DNA of 64,000 bases. It comes from an uncultured Pseudomonadota bacterium. Its GTDB lineage: Bacteria > Pseudomonadota > Alphaproteobacteria > Acetobacterales > Acetobacteraceae. Location: NCBI GenBank assembly GCA_963777625.1, contig CAVZRO010000033.1, positions 46,235-110,234 on the forward strand. The letters run 5' to 3'. Numbering within the stretch: position 1 is the stretch's first letter; each line of letters begins with the position of its first letter. The translations under genes were made by a program, and so were the position numbers. The notes beneath the pieces are model-generated. The model worked only from the letters and a program-made list of their open reading frames with translations. It was not told the origin of the DNA and did no database searches. Below are positions 29,353 to 41,870 of this stretch, in pieces.

Positions 29353-30017
29353 TGGCGTGCTTTCACCCACGCGCGGAAGAGCTGCCGGCGGAGTTTCCGG
29401 TGTTTCCCCTCGAGGGTGCGTTGTTGCTGCCGCGCGGGCGCCTGCCGCTCAACATCTTCGAGCCGCGCTACGTGGCGATGGTCGAGGATTCTCTCGGCGC
29501 CGGCCGCGTCTTCGGCATGATCCAGCCCGATCCGACCGCGGCGGCGAGCGAGTTCGGCCCCGGCCTGTATCAGATCGGCTGCCTTGGCCGCCTCGCCTCG
29601 TTCAGTGAAACCGATGATGGCCGGTTCCTGATTACGCTGGTGGGGGTGATCCGCTTTTCCGTCCAGGACGAGCTGGGCCTATGTCGCGGCTATCGTCGCG
29701 TGCGGGGAAACGTCGCCGGCTACGACGATGATTTGCGGCTGGATCCCCGCCCGATCGGCGTATCGCGGGAAATCCTGCTCGGTGCCCTGCGTCGCTACTT
29801 CGGCTGCCGCGGACTGGAGGCGAACTGGGACGCGATCCGCAAAATCCCCGATGATATGCTGGTGGTTACCTTGTCGATGATCTGCCCGTTTGAAGCGCCG
29901 GAAAAGCAGGCGCTGCTGGAGGCACCCACCGAAGCCGAGCGGGCGAGCACGTTGCTGGCCCTGTTGCAGATCGGTGCCGCCAGCCAGGATGGGCAATCCA
30001 GCCGCAATGTGAGCTGA
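29352..30017 (+). CDS. LON-peptidase N-terminal (substrate-binding) domain protein
   Basis: FPVFPLEGALLLPRGRLPLNIFEPRY..FGMIQ, typical LON N-domain-only protein. Confidence 0.8.
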   Translation: MACFHPRAEELPAEFPVFPLEGALLLPRGRLPLNIFEPRYVAMVEDSLGAGRVFGMIQPDPTAAASEFGPGLYQIGCLGRLASFSETDDGRFLITLVGVIRFSVQDELGLCRGYRRVRGNVAGYDDDLRLDPRPIGVSREILLGALRRYFGCRGLEANWDAIRKIPDDMLVVTLSMICPFEAPEKQALLEAPTEAERASTLLALLQIGAASQDGQSSRNVS

Positions 30018-30020
30018 CCC

Positions 30021-30218
30021 ATGTCCGATCATCCCGCACGCCCCGCGCCTGTCGATCCTCGGCTTTTGGAAATCCTGGTCTGCCCGCTGACCAAGGGGCC
30101 CCTGGAATATGACCGCGACCGCGGCGAGCTGATCAGCCGAGCGGCAGGTCTCGCTTACCCGGTCCGCGACGGCATCCCGATCATGCTGCCCGAGGAAGCG
30201 CGTCCGCTCGAGGGATAG
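30021..30218 (+). CDS. Trm112-family (UPF0434) small protein
   Basis: [31 protein letters not shown]; 65 aa. Confidence 0.85.
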   Translation: MSDHPARPAPVDPRLLEILVCPLTKGPLEYDRDRGELISRAAGLAYPVRDGIPIMLPEEARPLEG

Positions 30219-30329
30219 AGGTGGTCTGTTCAAGAGAATTTCACCACAGGGACGCAAGGACAGGGAGATTGATGCGGAGTTCCTGCAATCTCCCGCTGGC
30301 CTCACACTCGGCCTCCTTGGCGCCTGCGT

Positions 30330-30710
30330 GTGGCCGCCGCTTTCCGACATGCGCTCATGCCTGAAGCTACCGAACTTCGCCTGAACCGCGCCGACCGCAC
30401 GCTGGACGTGGCCTTTGCCGACGGAATGCGTTTCACACTTCCGGTCGAATATCTCCGCGTCGAAAGTCCCAGCGCCGAGGTTCAAGGCCATGGCCCCGGA
30501 GAGCGCAAGGTCATCGCCGGGCGCCGGCATGTCGGGATCATCGGGATCGAACCGGTTGGCAACTATGCGGTGCGCCTGATCTTCGACGACCTGCACGATA
30601 CCGGTATTTACTCCTGGGATTATCTGCACGAGCTCGGCCGCGAATATCCCGAACGCTGGGCGCGCTACCTGGACTCCCTCGCCAGTCGGGGTCTCAGCCG
30701 CGATCCATGA
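30330..30710 (+). CDS. DUF971 (gamma-butyrobetaine-hydroxylase-N-like) protein
   Basis: FTLPVEYLRVESPSAEVQGHG..VGNYAVRLIFDDLHDTGIYSWDYL. Start uncertain (30330 GTG or ATG 30357). Confidence 0.75.
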   Translation: MAAAFRHALMPEATELRLNRADRTLDVAFADGMRFTLPVEYLRVESPSAEVQGHGPGERKVIAGRRHVGIIGIEPVGNYAVRLIFDDLHDTGIYSWDYLHELGREYPERWARYLDSLASRGLSRDP

Positions 30711-32871
30711 TAGCGCCACCGGCACGGGCTTCGACCACCCGCCCCTCCCCGGCCACCATCAGCACGTCCGCGACGCGCACCTCGCCCGATCCTTTGCGGA
30801 TGAGCACCGGATTCAGATCGCATTCGGCCACCGACCCGCACAGCGCCGCCGCCAAGGCCGACAGCCGGACCAGCAGGTCGGCCAGACCGGCGGGATCGGT
30901 CGGCGGCATCAGCTTGCGGTAGCCGGATATTCGTCGGCCCAGTCGGGTGCGGCCGATCATCGCGCGCGCGCGCCCCGGCGGCAGCGGGCTCAGCCCGAAG
31001 GCCCGATCGGCTTCCAGTTCCACCAGAACGCCGCCGCTGCCCACCATGATCAACGCCCCGAACGGAGGGGCCGCGATGAAGCCGGCGGCAGCCTCCACGC
31101 AGTCCGTCATCTCCTCCTGCAGCTCGAACCCATCGATGCGCGCTGTCGGGCGAACCGCCAGCACGCTGCGGCGCATCCGCTCCAGGGCCATCCGCAGGCC
31201 CGCGGCGTCGGCAATGCCAAGCGCCACACCGCCCAGCTCTGATCGATGCGGCACGTCGGGCGAGGCGATCTTTGCCACCAGCGGAAACCCGATGCGCTCC
31301 GCCTCGTCCATTGCCTGCGCGACCGAGCCGACCAGCGCCGAACGCACCAACGGAATACCGTAGGCAGCAAGGATACGGTTGCAGAGCGCCGTGGGCAGCG
31401 CGCCGCGGCAGTCGGCGATTTCGGCAGCGAACGACCCCGCCGCGCTGTCCGGCGTTCCCGCGCGCCAGCCTTCCGCCGACGGCGGCGCGGCACTGATACC
31501 CAGATTGCGCAGCGCCACGATAGCGGGCCGCAATCCGCGCAGCACCGCCACGCCCTGCTCCGCCATTGCGGCGACGATTTCTGGATGGGTGTTCTCGGCG
31601 GTGGGGGAGATCATCACCAGTGGCTTGCCGGTCGATGCCGCGTACTGCCCGTAGCTCTGAATCCGCGGTGTGTAGTTGCCGCGCATGGTGGGGGTTAGCG
31701 TCGCCTGACAATCCTGCACGACCAAGACCTGATCCACCTCCGGATCCTCGAGAATCGTGGCAATCGCCGGCCCGTCCTGCGCGACGGTGTGATTGGGCGT
31801 GGAGCCGAGATCGAGCGGATTGACGCCGGCGGCGCCCGGCAGCGCCGACCGGATCGCTTCTTCCGTCGATCGGGTCCACTGGGCGAGCGTCAGGCCCTGA
31901 TCCGAAGCGACATCGCAGGCGAGCGCCGTCTCCCCGCCGGAGATGCCGATGATGCCAATGCGGGCGCCGCGTGGCCGCACACGGCAGGTGGCGAAGCACT
32001 CCAGCGTCGCGATCAGCTCGTCATAGTCGCGCGTGGTCGGAATGCCGCACGAGTCGAAGAACAACTCATAGGCGTCGGCCGGGCTGATCATCGATCCGGT
32101 GTGCGCCTTCACCGCCACGGCGCCGACCTCCGACCGGCCCACCTTCAGCACCGCCAGCGACTTGCCGGCGTCGCGGATGCGCGCGGCGGCGACGGCGAAC
32201 GCATCGGGGTCCTTGATGGACTCCAGCACGACGCCGATCACCGCGGTCGCGTCGTCGGCCGCCAACCAGCGCATGTAGTCCGGCGCGGTCACCTGCCATT
32301 CGCTGCCCATGGTAATCACTTTGGACAGGCCGACCGCGATCGAGTTCATCAGCGAGATCGCCGCCGAACCCGACTGCGCAATCAGTGCCACACGCCCCGG
32401 CACCACCTTGTCGGTCACGGTAGACGGGTAGAGCCGCAGCGGGTCGTTGAGGTTGATAAGTCCCATGCAGTTCGGGCCATGAATCGCCATCGGGCTGGCG
32501 GCGGCCAGGGCGCGGTACGCGGCCTCGGCCGCCGCCGGGAAGCCGTTGGAGAACACCATTGCGGAGCGCACCCCGGCCTGCTGCAATTCAGCCAGCGCGC
32601 CGGCGACGGCGGGGGCGGGAATCGCCACCACCGCCGTATCGGTGCCGGGAGGCAGTCGGTCGATGGCGCTGACCGTCTGCAACCCGTCAATCGCGGACGC
32701 GGTGGGATGCACCGGGATGATCCGCCCGGCGTAACCAACCTGCCGCAGGTTACGGATGACACCGTTACCCTGCGCCTGCCGCGTGGCCGAGGCACCGATC
32801 ACTGCCACGCTGTTCGGCCGCAACAGTGGTTCTACATCACGCATCCGGGTCGACCCGCCGCTACTTGCCAT
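30694..32871 (-). CDS. ADP-forming acyl-CoA synthetase (CoA-binding + succinyl-CoA-ligase-like + ATP-grasp), copy 1
   Basis: LLRPNSVAVIGAS..NGVIRNL..IIPVHP..GPNCMGLINL..C-terminal ATP-grasp ending ..CDLNPVLI. Alternative start ATG 32844. Confidence 0.8.
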   Translation of the reverse strand: MASSGGSTRMRDVEPLLRPNSVAVIGASATRQAQGNGVIRNLRQVGYAGRIIPVHPTASAIDGLQTVSAIDRLPPGTDTAVVAIPAPAVAGALAELQQAGVRSAMVFSNGFPAAAEAAYRALAAASPMAIHGPNCMGLINLNDPLRLYPSTVTDKVVPGRVALIAQSGSAAISLMNSIAVGLSKVITMGSEWQVTAPDYMRWLAADDATAVIGVVLESIKDPDAFAVAAARIRDAGKSLAVLKVGRSEVGAVAVKAHTGSMISPADAYELFFDSCGIPTTRDYDELIATLECFATCRVRPRGARIGIIGISGGETALACDVASDQGLTLAQWTRSTEEAIRSALPGAAGVNPLDLGSTPNHTVAQDGPAIATILEDPEVDQVLVVQDCQATLTPTMRGNYTPRIQSYGQYAASTGKPLVMISPTAENTHPEIVAAMAEQGVAVLRGLRPAIVALRNLGISAAPPSAEGWRAGTPDSAAGSFAAEIADCRGALPTALCNRILAAYGIPLVRSALVGSVAQAMDEAERIGFPLVAKIASPDVPHRSELGGVALGIADAAGLRMALERMRRSVLAVRPTARIDGFELQEEMTDCVEAAAGFIAAPPFGALIMVGSGGVLVELEADRAFGLSPLPPGRARAMIGRTRLGRRISGYRKLMPPTDPAGLADLLVRLSALAAALCGSVAECDLNPVLIRKGSGEVRVADVLMVAGEGRVVEARAGGAIMDRG

Positions 32872-34468
32872 CCTTGACCCAGACTTCCGCCCAGTTGGGG
32901 TGCTCGTTGAAGGCGATGTCGAACTGCTTGTCGAGATTGGCGAAGCGGGTAGAGACAGCGTTGAAAGTCGGCGCGTTGGTCAGGGTCATCTCGTTCAGGT
33001 CACGGGCGATGATCTCCTCGTATCGCTTGTAAAGTGCGCGGCGCTGATCCTCCGGCGCGGCAGTTGCCGCGGCGGCGATCTTATCGAGTTCCGGGTTACA
33101 ATATCCGGTCGGGTTGGTGTACGGCACGTTGCCGGGGTTGCAGACGAAACTGCGATCCACCCCTAGCGTGGGATCCGACCGGCCAGTCAATGAGTTCAGC
33201 GAGATGTCGAAATCGTGCTGCTGGTAAACCTTGTGGAGCCAGATCTGCGCGTCCAGCCCGCTCAGGCGCACATCGACGCCGATTTTCTGCCACTGCGCGG
33301 CGATGCTCCTGGCTACCGCGTCGAACGGCGATCCCGACTGATAGGTGAGTTCGACGGAGAAGCGCTTGCCGTCCTTCAGCGGAAATCCGGCTTCATCCAG
33401 CAGCTTGCCGGCGCGCTCCGGATCGTACGGGTACATCTTGCTGTAATTGACCGACGGATCGTACAGCTCGGTGAATTGCACGGGAATTGCGCTCAGCGCG
33501 GGAAACGCCAGGCCACGATATGCATCGGCGCTGATCCGTTGCCGGTCGGTCGCCTGGAACAGCGCCTGCCGCACACGCACATCGCTCATTGGCGAACGGC
33601 GGAGGTTGAAATCGAGTGACGAGCGTTCCGGCGCATTGATGACGATCTTCACCACCTTGAACTTGCCGTTCTTCGCGGCTTCCTGCGCCTGCGTCACCTG
33701 GCTGAAATCGGTGAACTGCATCCAGTCCGCCTCGCCCTGGATGATTGCATCGAGCTGCTGCTGCGGGCTGGGCGTCAGCGCCACCAGCACGCGGTCCAGA
33801 TAGGGCCTGGGCTGGTCCCAGTAATATGGGTTGCGCACGAAAGTCAGCGACCGCCCCGGCTCCCATGATTCAAGCTTGAACGGGCCGAGACCGACCGGCT
33901 TGCGGTTTGCCGGATTCGTCGCGATCTCGCTGCCGGCATAGATGTGTTCCGGCATCAGCGGAAAATTCTCCTTGTCGAACAGGTCGAGCGCCGCGGTGAC
34001 CGGCTGCTTCAGCGTCACCACCACGGTAGCGTCGTCGGGCGTGCTGACTGAGTTCCACCAGCGGCATGAGCTTGGACAGATAGGTGTTCAGTTTGCCGAA
34101 ATTGGTCAGCGTGAAAGCGACGTCCTTCGCCGTGAACGGCTGCCCGTCGGACCATTTCACACCCTGGCGCAGCTTAAACGTGTAGGTCTTTCCGTCCGGC
34201 GAGATCGTCCAGCTAGTTGCCAGATGCGGGACTCGGTTCCCCTTCCCGTCGCGCGCCATAAGCCCGTCCGCCCATACGTCGGCCATGTAAAGCGCCGGGG
34301 ACAACGATGTCAGCTCGGTGTTCAGCACCGCCATGCCGGTGGCGTCCAGTGTCATGACGACGTCGCCGCCCCGCTTCGGGGCGGTATCGTCGGACCGCGC
34401 GGGCGCGGCGCCCATGACGAGGCAAAGCGCGAGGATCGCCGCGCCGTAGCACTTGGGGTCAAATCGCA

Positions 34469-34469
<1 letters not shown>
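32861..34469 (-). pseudogene. family-5 ABC substrate-binding protein interrupted by a 1-nt frameshift near 34052
   Basis: The signal peptide and N-terminal part (ORF 33870-34469: ..ATSWTISPDGKTYTFKLRQGVKWSDGQPFTAKDV..LSKLMPLVE) switch frame to ..SVSTPDDATVVVTLKQPVTAALDLF.. (ORF 32861-34024). Confidence 0.8.
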
Positions 34470-36240
<1,771 letters not shown>

Positions 36241-36244
<4 letters not shown>

Positions 36245-37086
36245 GCCGGAAGTCCGGCAGGCACGTGGCCAGCGCGCGGATCGACCACCTCGTTCAGTCC
36301 GTCCGCCAGCAGATTGAGTCCGATCACCGCAAGGCAGATCGCCAGGCCAGGAAACACGCTCATCCACCAGCCGCTTTCCAGGTAATCCTGCGCGGTGAAC
36401 AGAAGCTGTCCCCAGCTCACCATGTTGGCATCCGACAGGCCCAGAAAGCCAAGGCCGGACTCGATCAGTATGGCGAGGCTGGCATCCAGCGCCACCTGCA
36501 CGATGACGGGTGGCAGGGCGTTGGGCAGGATCTCGCGCAGCACGATGTGCCAGGTTGGCATGTCGGCGACGATCGCGGCGGCGACGAACTCGCGTTGCCG
36601 CAGATTGATGAACTGACCGTAGATCAGCCGCGCCTCCAACGGCCAGATCGCCAGCGCGACGGCCGCGATCAGCAGCCAGAAGCTTGCCCCGAACAGCGCA
36701 ATTGCGAACAGCACGACGACGATCACCGGCAAGATTTGGAACAACTCGGTGATGCGCATCAGCACCGCCTCGGTCGCGCCGCGCCAGTAGCCCGCCAGGA
36801 TCCCGACGGTGCCGCCGATCAGCAGCGCCGCCAGCGCCGCACACAGGCCGATTGCGAGCGAAGCGCTTGTGCCGATCAGCACCAGGGAGAACATGTCCCG
36901 CCCGATATTGTCGGTGCCCATCGGGAAGGCCAGCGACGGCGCCAACAGGCTGGTGCCGACCTGCTGGCGCGGGCTGAACGGAGCAATCCATGGATCCAGC
37001 ACCGCCACCAGCACGAGCAGTAGCATGATGAGCAGCCCGGAAGCGCCGTAACGGGTTGCGGCCAGCCGCTTGAGCACCGCCATCAT
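36241..37086 (-). CDS. peptide-family ABC permease (DppC-like)
   Basis: 281-aa polytopic protein with a PMGTDNIGRDMFS motif. Confidence 0.85.
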
Positions 37087-38054
37087 CGTGCGATGCGTAT
37101 GCGCGGATCGAGCAGGCCGTAGAGAATATCCACGACCAGATTCATAACGATGACGGCCACCGAGATGAACAGCACGACGCCAACCACCACCTGGTTGTCA
37201 CGGTTGCGGATCGCCTCGATCAGCAGCAGCCCGATACCGGGCCAGGAGAACACGGTTTCGATCAGCACCGCGCCGCCCATGGCGACACCGAACGCATAGC
37301 CCATGACGGTGAGCACGGGCAGGCTGGAATTGCGCAGCACGTGGCCGCGGATAATGGCGCCACGCGACAGGCCTTTGGCCCGCGCGGTGACGATATAGCC
37401 GGCGCCCAGCGTCTCGATCGTGCTCGCCCGCATCAGTCGCGCAACGCGCGTCGCCTCATAGACGGCGTAGGTGATTGCCGGCAGCGCAAGGTATCGCATG
37501 CGCTCCAGCAGGAAGCCGGCAGGGCCGGTTGCATGTGATATCAGCGGTGCCATGCCCTGGGTGGGAAACCACCCGAGCCGCATCGCGAACACGATGACCA
37601 TCAACTGGCCCAGCCAGAAGCCGGGGATCGCGTAGCCGACCAGCGCCACGGTGGTCCAGAACCGGTCCACGTGCCGGTTCCGGCTGGTCGCCGACAGCAA
37701 GCCGATGCCGATTCCGGCGGGTACGCCGATCACGAACGCCGCCGCCGCCAACAGCAGCGTGCGCGGCGCACGTTGCAGGATCAGGTTCATGACGGAGTCC
37801 TGCTCCTGGAACGAGAAGCCGAGATTCCCGTGCAGAAGGTTGATGAAATACTGCAACAGGCGGGTAGGAAACGGATCGTTCAGATGGTACTCCCGCACGA
37901 TGGCCGCGCGAAACTCCGGTGGCACCGGATACTGCCCGACGATGGCCTGGACCGGATCGCCTGGTGTGAGCTGCAACATGATGAAGACCAGCACGACCAC
38001 CGCGATCACCATCGGGATCGCCTGCAACAGGCGGATGATCGCGTAACGCACCAT
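37083..38054 (-). CDS. peptide-family ABC permease (DppB-like)
   Basis: MVRYAIIRLLQAIPMVIAVVVLVFIMLQLTPGDP; 323 aa. Confidence 0.85.
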   Translation of the reverse strand: MVRYAIIRLLQAIPMVIAVVVLVFIMLQLTPGDPVQAIVGQYPVPPEFRAAIVREYHLNDPFPTRLLQYFINLLHGNLGFSFQEQDSVMNLILQRAPRTLLLAAAAFVIGVPAGIGIGLLSATSRNRHVDRFWTTVALVGYAIPGFWLGQLMVIVFAMRLGWFPTQGMAPLISHATGPAGFLLERMRYLALPAITYAVYEATRVARLMRASTIETLGAGYIVTARAKGLSRGAIIRGHVLRNSSLPVLTVMGYAFGVAMGGAVLIETVFSWPGIGLLLIEAIRNRDNQVVVGVVLFISVAVIVMNLVVDILYGLLDPRIRIAR

Positions 38055-38057
38055 GGA

Positions 38058-38963
38058 TCAGTTCCGGTGCAGGAACGTCAGCGCGTTCTTGTACAGCCAT
38101 TTCTCCATGACGGAGTCTTTCAACGGCAAGCTCTGATATTCACCGATCAGCTCCTCGAACGGCACGCCGAAGATGCCGCGCGACAGGCCGACCATGATCT
38201 TGTCCTGCAGCAGCGTGTTGCCGAATTGCAGGAACTGCTCCCAACCCGAGCCGGGCGTGGCGAAATGGCGCGGGCGATGCGCCGCGGTATCGCAGTAGAG
38301 GTTCGGGTGCCGACGCAGCAGCCCGACCATGTCGCCGATCCACGGCCATCCCGACAATCCGGCAACGATGCGCAGCTCGGGGAAGTCCATCGCAACGTTG
38401 TCGAGATGTCGCGGATGGCCGAGATCATAGGGCCGGTCGTTAGCGTAGTTCATCGAGGTATAGACGCGCACCGGCAGGTCGAGTTCGACGCATTTCGCGT
38501 AGAGCGGGTAGTAGCGGCGATCGCTGGCCGGAACCATGTTGTACAGTGCCACCACGCGCAGGCCGCCGATGCCGTGCTCGCGCACCAGGCGCTCCAGTTC
38601 CCGCACACCGCGCATGCCGTCCAACGGGCTGATGGCGGCCAGCCCGACGAACCGGTCGGGATACGCGCCGCAGACGCGCTTGAGCGTTTCATTCGAAGCG
38701 CCGACGACGCCGCATTCCACACCCGCACGGTCCATATCGGCGATAAATTTTTCCATGCGCTCGCCGGGAACGGATTCCGGCTGCGGTACGTATTGTCCGC
38801 TGCGGTTGCGGAAGATATGCTTGTAATTGTCGAAACCATAGCCTTCCGGGCGTTCCAGGCGGTCGGCCACCGGATTGCCGGGGCGGCCTTGTAACATGTC
38901 ATGGTATTCCGGATATTCCTCTCCGGCAGGAAGATTGCACTCCAGGTCTATGACCCTCGGCAT
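38058..38963 (-). CDS. amidohydrolase-2 (TIM-barrel hydrolase) family-like protein, atypical
   Basis: From ATG 38963: MPRVIDLECNLP..YPLYAKCVELDLPV..HLDNVAMDFPELRIVAGLSGWPW..PNLYCDTAA resembles PF04909-type proteins. The positions I recall as HxH and AH.G appear as E-C-N and AGLSG. Confidence 0.55.
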   Translation of the reverse strand: MPRVIDLECNLPAGEEYPEYHDMLQGRPGNPVADRLERPEGYGFDNYKHIFRNRSGQYVPQPESVPGERMEKFIADMDRAGVECGVVGASNETLKRVCGAYPDRFVGLAAISPLDGMRGVRELERLVREHGIGGLRVVALYNMVPASDRRYYPLYAKCVELDLPVRVYTSMNYANDRPYDLGHPRHLDNVAMDFPELRIVAGLSGWPWIGDMVGLLRRHPNLYCDTAAHRPRHFATPGSGWEQFLQFGNTLLQDKIMVGLSRGIFGVPFEELIGEYQSLPLKDSVMEKWLYKNALTFLHRN

Positions 38964-39216
38964 GCTGGCGTTCTCCTTTGCTCGGGGGAGCGGATGCGGT
39001 CGGCGTCGGGATTTGCTGGCGCACGACCATGCTGGTTTCGATTTGTGCAGCGCAGTGTTGATGCAACGCGGGACATCGTCAAGCGCCGACACGCAACCGG
39101 ACACGCGTCTGGACAGCGACACTGCCGGCCATCGTTGTATCGTCCGGCCAATTCCTGCAACAAAGCCGCTCGCCAGCACCCGTCATGATGGACTGACCGA
39201 AGGAGCGGAAGAGTTG

Positions 39217-39969
39217 ATGGAGCATGGAATTGCCGGCCGCGGTGTGAGCGGTCCCGGCGGACGGTCGCTCGGCGAACGCATTCGCTCCGACCTGGAGCAG
39301 CGTATCGTTTCCGGCGAATGGCCGCTCGGCCATCGTATCCCGTCGGAACACGATCTTATGGCGGAATACTCCTGTTCCCGCATGACGATGAACAAGGTGC
39401 TGTCCGGCATGGCGGCGACCGGATTGATCACCCGGCGCCGCCGTGCGGGCTCGTTCGTGGCGGTGCCGCAGGGCGAGCGTGCGGTGATGGAGATACAGGA
39501 TTTCGCAACCGAAGCGGCCCGCCTGGGGCACATCTACCGGCACGAAGTTCTGAGCCGCAGGGCCGAGCGGCTGGACGCGGCGCACGCGGGTGCGCTCGGG
39601 CTTGCCGTCGGCAGCCGGGTGGTGCGCGTTCGCTGCCGGCACCGGATGAACGATATCGCGAATGCGTACGAGGACCGCATCATCTCCCTTGCCTCGGTGC
39701 CGGCCGCGGAGCGGGAGACATTCCTGAGTGTGCCACCTGGTACATGGCTGTTGCAGAACGTACCGTGGACCAGGGCCGAGCACGTGATCCGCGCCCGCAA
39801 CGCCGATGCGCGGCTGTGCAACATGCTGCAGTTGAAGCCGGGCGCCGCCTGTCTCGTGCTGGAGCGACGCACCTGGCACCAGGGCGCACTGGTTACCGAA
39901 GTGACGATCAGCTATCCCGGCGACCGGCACTGGTTCATCGGGCGATTTTCGCCGACGACCGGCACCTGA
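39217..39969 (+). CDS. hutC: GntR/HutC-family repressor (histidine utilisation repressor)
   Basis: LEQRIVSGEWPLGHRIPSEHDLMAEYSCSRMTMNKVLSGMAATGLITRRRRAGSFV (GntR wHTH) plus a UTRA-like C-terminus. AGGAG upstream of ATG 39217. Immediately upstream of hutHUFD. Confidence 0.8.
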   Translation: MEHGIAGRGVSGPGGRSLGERIRSDLEQRIVSGEWPLGHRIPSEHDLMAEYSCSRMTMNKVLSGMAATGLITRRRRAGSFVAVPQGERAVMEIQDFATEAARLGHIYRHEVLSRRAERLDAAHAGALGLAVGSRVVRVRCRHRMNDIANAYEDRIISLASVPAAERETFLSVPPGTWLLQNVPWTRAEHVIRARNADARLCNMLQLKPGAACLVLERRTWHQGALVTEVTISYPGDRHWFIGRFSPTTGT

Positions 39970-40024
39970 CATCCGGGCGCAGTCAACCAGCGGCGGAGGT
40001 GGAGCCTTGACGGTACCCATCCCC

Positions 40025-40042
40025 ATTTTGTATAGGCAAAAT
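40025..40042. promoter_or_regulatory. inverted repeat ATTTTG-TATAGG-CAAAAT, HutC-operator candidate
   Basis: Perfect 6-bp arms read directly. AT-rich island between hutC and hutH. Contains the 12-mer TGTATAGGCAAA (40029-40040), repeated exactly at 46839-46850. Confidence 0.45.
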
Positions 40043-40283
40043 GGTGGCTTCGCAAGCAGCACCTCGGCCCTGGAACGACCCGGAAACCCGTCTCGCCTTA
40101 GGATGACGGCGCGTTGCAGCAACTCGCCACCACCTATCCCGCCGAAGCCGGTGCACCGGTCCCACCGAGGTTCTCTATCTCACGCCACGATAACGAGCGA
40201 ACGGTAGCCGGCGCCGGGGCAGAACCATCCGATGGACTCCGGGTTCGGCAATTCACTGCATCGGCAGACGCAAGGGATGCGCC

Positions 40284-41816
40284 ATGAACGGGATTATCCT
40301 GCGGCCAGGCGAAACCAGGTTGGCCGAGTGGCGCGCCATTTATCGCGGCGCCGCGGCATCGCTCGATCCGGCCAGCTATCCGGCCATCGCCCGCAGTGCC
40401 GCGGTGATCGAGGCGATCCTCGCCCGTGGCGAGCCGGTCTATGGCATCAACACCGGCTTCGGCAAGCTGGCGACAATCCGCATCGACACGGCAGATCTGG
40501 CGACGCTGCAACGAAATCTCGTGCTGTCGCATTCCGCCGGCGTGGGCGAGCCGATGCCGGCGCCTGTCGTCCGCCTGATGCTGGCGTTGAAGCTCGCCAG
40601 TCTGGCGCAGGGCGCGTCAGGCGTGCGCCCCGCAACGGTGAAACTGCTGGACTCCATGCTGGCGCGCGGCCTGCTGCCGGTGGTGCCGTGCCAGGGGTCC
40701 GTCGGTGCGTCCGGCGATCTCGCGCCTCTGGCGCACATGAGCGCCTGCATGATCGGCATTGGCGAGATCGTGGTGGACGGGATCCGCATGCCGTCTGCCC
40801 AGGCTTTGGCACGCGCCGGCCTTGCCCCGATCACGCTGGGGCCGAAAGAGGGGCTGGCGCTGCTGAATGGCACCCAGTTCTCGACCGCCTACGCACTCGC
40901 CGGCCTGTTCGAGGGGGAGTTGCTGCTGCGCGCGGGCCTGACGACCGGTGCCTTATCGACCGACGCGGCGCGCGGGTCCGACACGCCGTTCGATGCACGT
41001 ATCCACGCACTGCGGCGCCATCGCGGCCAGATCGATGTCGCCCAGGCGTTGCGTACGCTGATTGCCGGCAGTGCGATCCGCGCTTCGCATCTGATCGGGG
41101 ATGATCGGGTGCAAGATCCGTATTGTCTGCGCTGCCAGCCGCAGGTGATGGGGGCGGTGCTTGACCTGCTGCGTCAGGCGGGCACCACGCTGGCGACCGA
41201 GGCGAACGGCGTGTCGGACAACCCGTTGATCTTCGCCGATACGACCGAGGCGCTGTCGGGTGGCAATTTTCATGGCGAACCGGTGGCGTTCGCAGCGGAC
41301 ACGATCGCGCTGGGGCTGTGCGAGATCGGTGCGTTGGCGGAACGCCGGATTGCGATGCTGATCGACCCGGCCCTGTCCGGCCTGCCCGCGTTTCTCACCC
41401 CGAAGCCCGGCCTCAATTCCGGGTTCATGATCCCGCAGGTCACCGCTGCTGCGCTGGTGGCCGAGAACCGGTTGCGCGCCGCGCCCGGCAGCGTCGATTC
41501 GATTCCGACCTGCGCGAACCAGGAAGACCATGTTTCGATGGCGGCACATGCCGCGCGGCGGCTGCTGGCGATGGCCGAGAACACGGCGTGCGTGCTCGGC
41601 ATCGAGCTTCTGGTGGCAAGCCAGGGGTGCGACTTCCACAAGCCGCTCATCTCCAGCCCGCCGCTGGAACAGGTGCGTGCGCTTCTGCGGGCCGAGGTTC
41701 CGCACCTGGAGGAGGATCGTTGCCTTGCGCCCGATATTGCCGCGGCGGTCGCGCTGGTGCGGTCGGGCCGCGTGGCCCACGCCGCCGGCGAAGACCTGCT
41801 GCCGGAACTCGGCTGA
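40284..41816 (+). CDS. hutH: histidine ammonia-lyase
   Basis: 510 aa. MIO-forming motif [15 protein letters not shown] and overall HAL architecture. Confidence 0.92.
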   Translation: MNGIILRPGETRLAEWRAIYRGAAASLDPASYPAIARSAAVIEAILARGEPVYGINTGFGKLATIRIDTADLATLQRNLVLSHSAGVGEPMPAPVVRLMLALKLASLAQGASGVRPATVKLLDSMLARGLLPVVPCQGSVGASGDLAPLAHMSACMIGIGEIVVDGIRMPSAQALARAGLAPITLGPKEGLALLNGTQFSTAYALAGLFEGELLLRAGLTTGALSTDAARGSDTPFDARIHALRRHRGQIDVAQALRTLIAGSAIRASHLIGDDRVQDPYCLRCQPQVMGAVLDLLRQAGTTLATEANGVSDNPLIFADTTEALSGGNFHGEPVAFAADTIALGLCEIGALAERRIAMLIDPALSGLPAFLTPKPGLNSGFMIPQVTAAALVAENRLRAAPGSVDSIPTCANQEDHVSMAAHAARRLLAMAENTACVLGIELLVASQGCDFHKPLISSPPLEQVRALLRAEVPHLEEDRCLAPDIAAAVALVRSGRVAHAAGEDLLPELG

Positions 41817-41870
41817 TGTCCGCCCGCGCGTTGCCCCGACGCGCTGTTTGCACCTGGAAAGGTCGATGAC

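Noticed and set aside
38964-39216. HutC-box search in the hutC / amidohydrolase divergent promoter (TTGTATCGTCCGGCCAA at about 39134).
   Set aside because: Only the TTGTAT half matches. The spacing and right half differ from the two exact copies, so this is not convincing without binding data.
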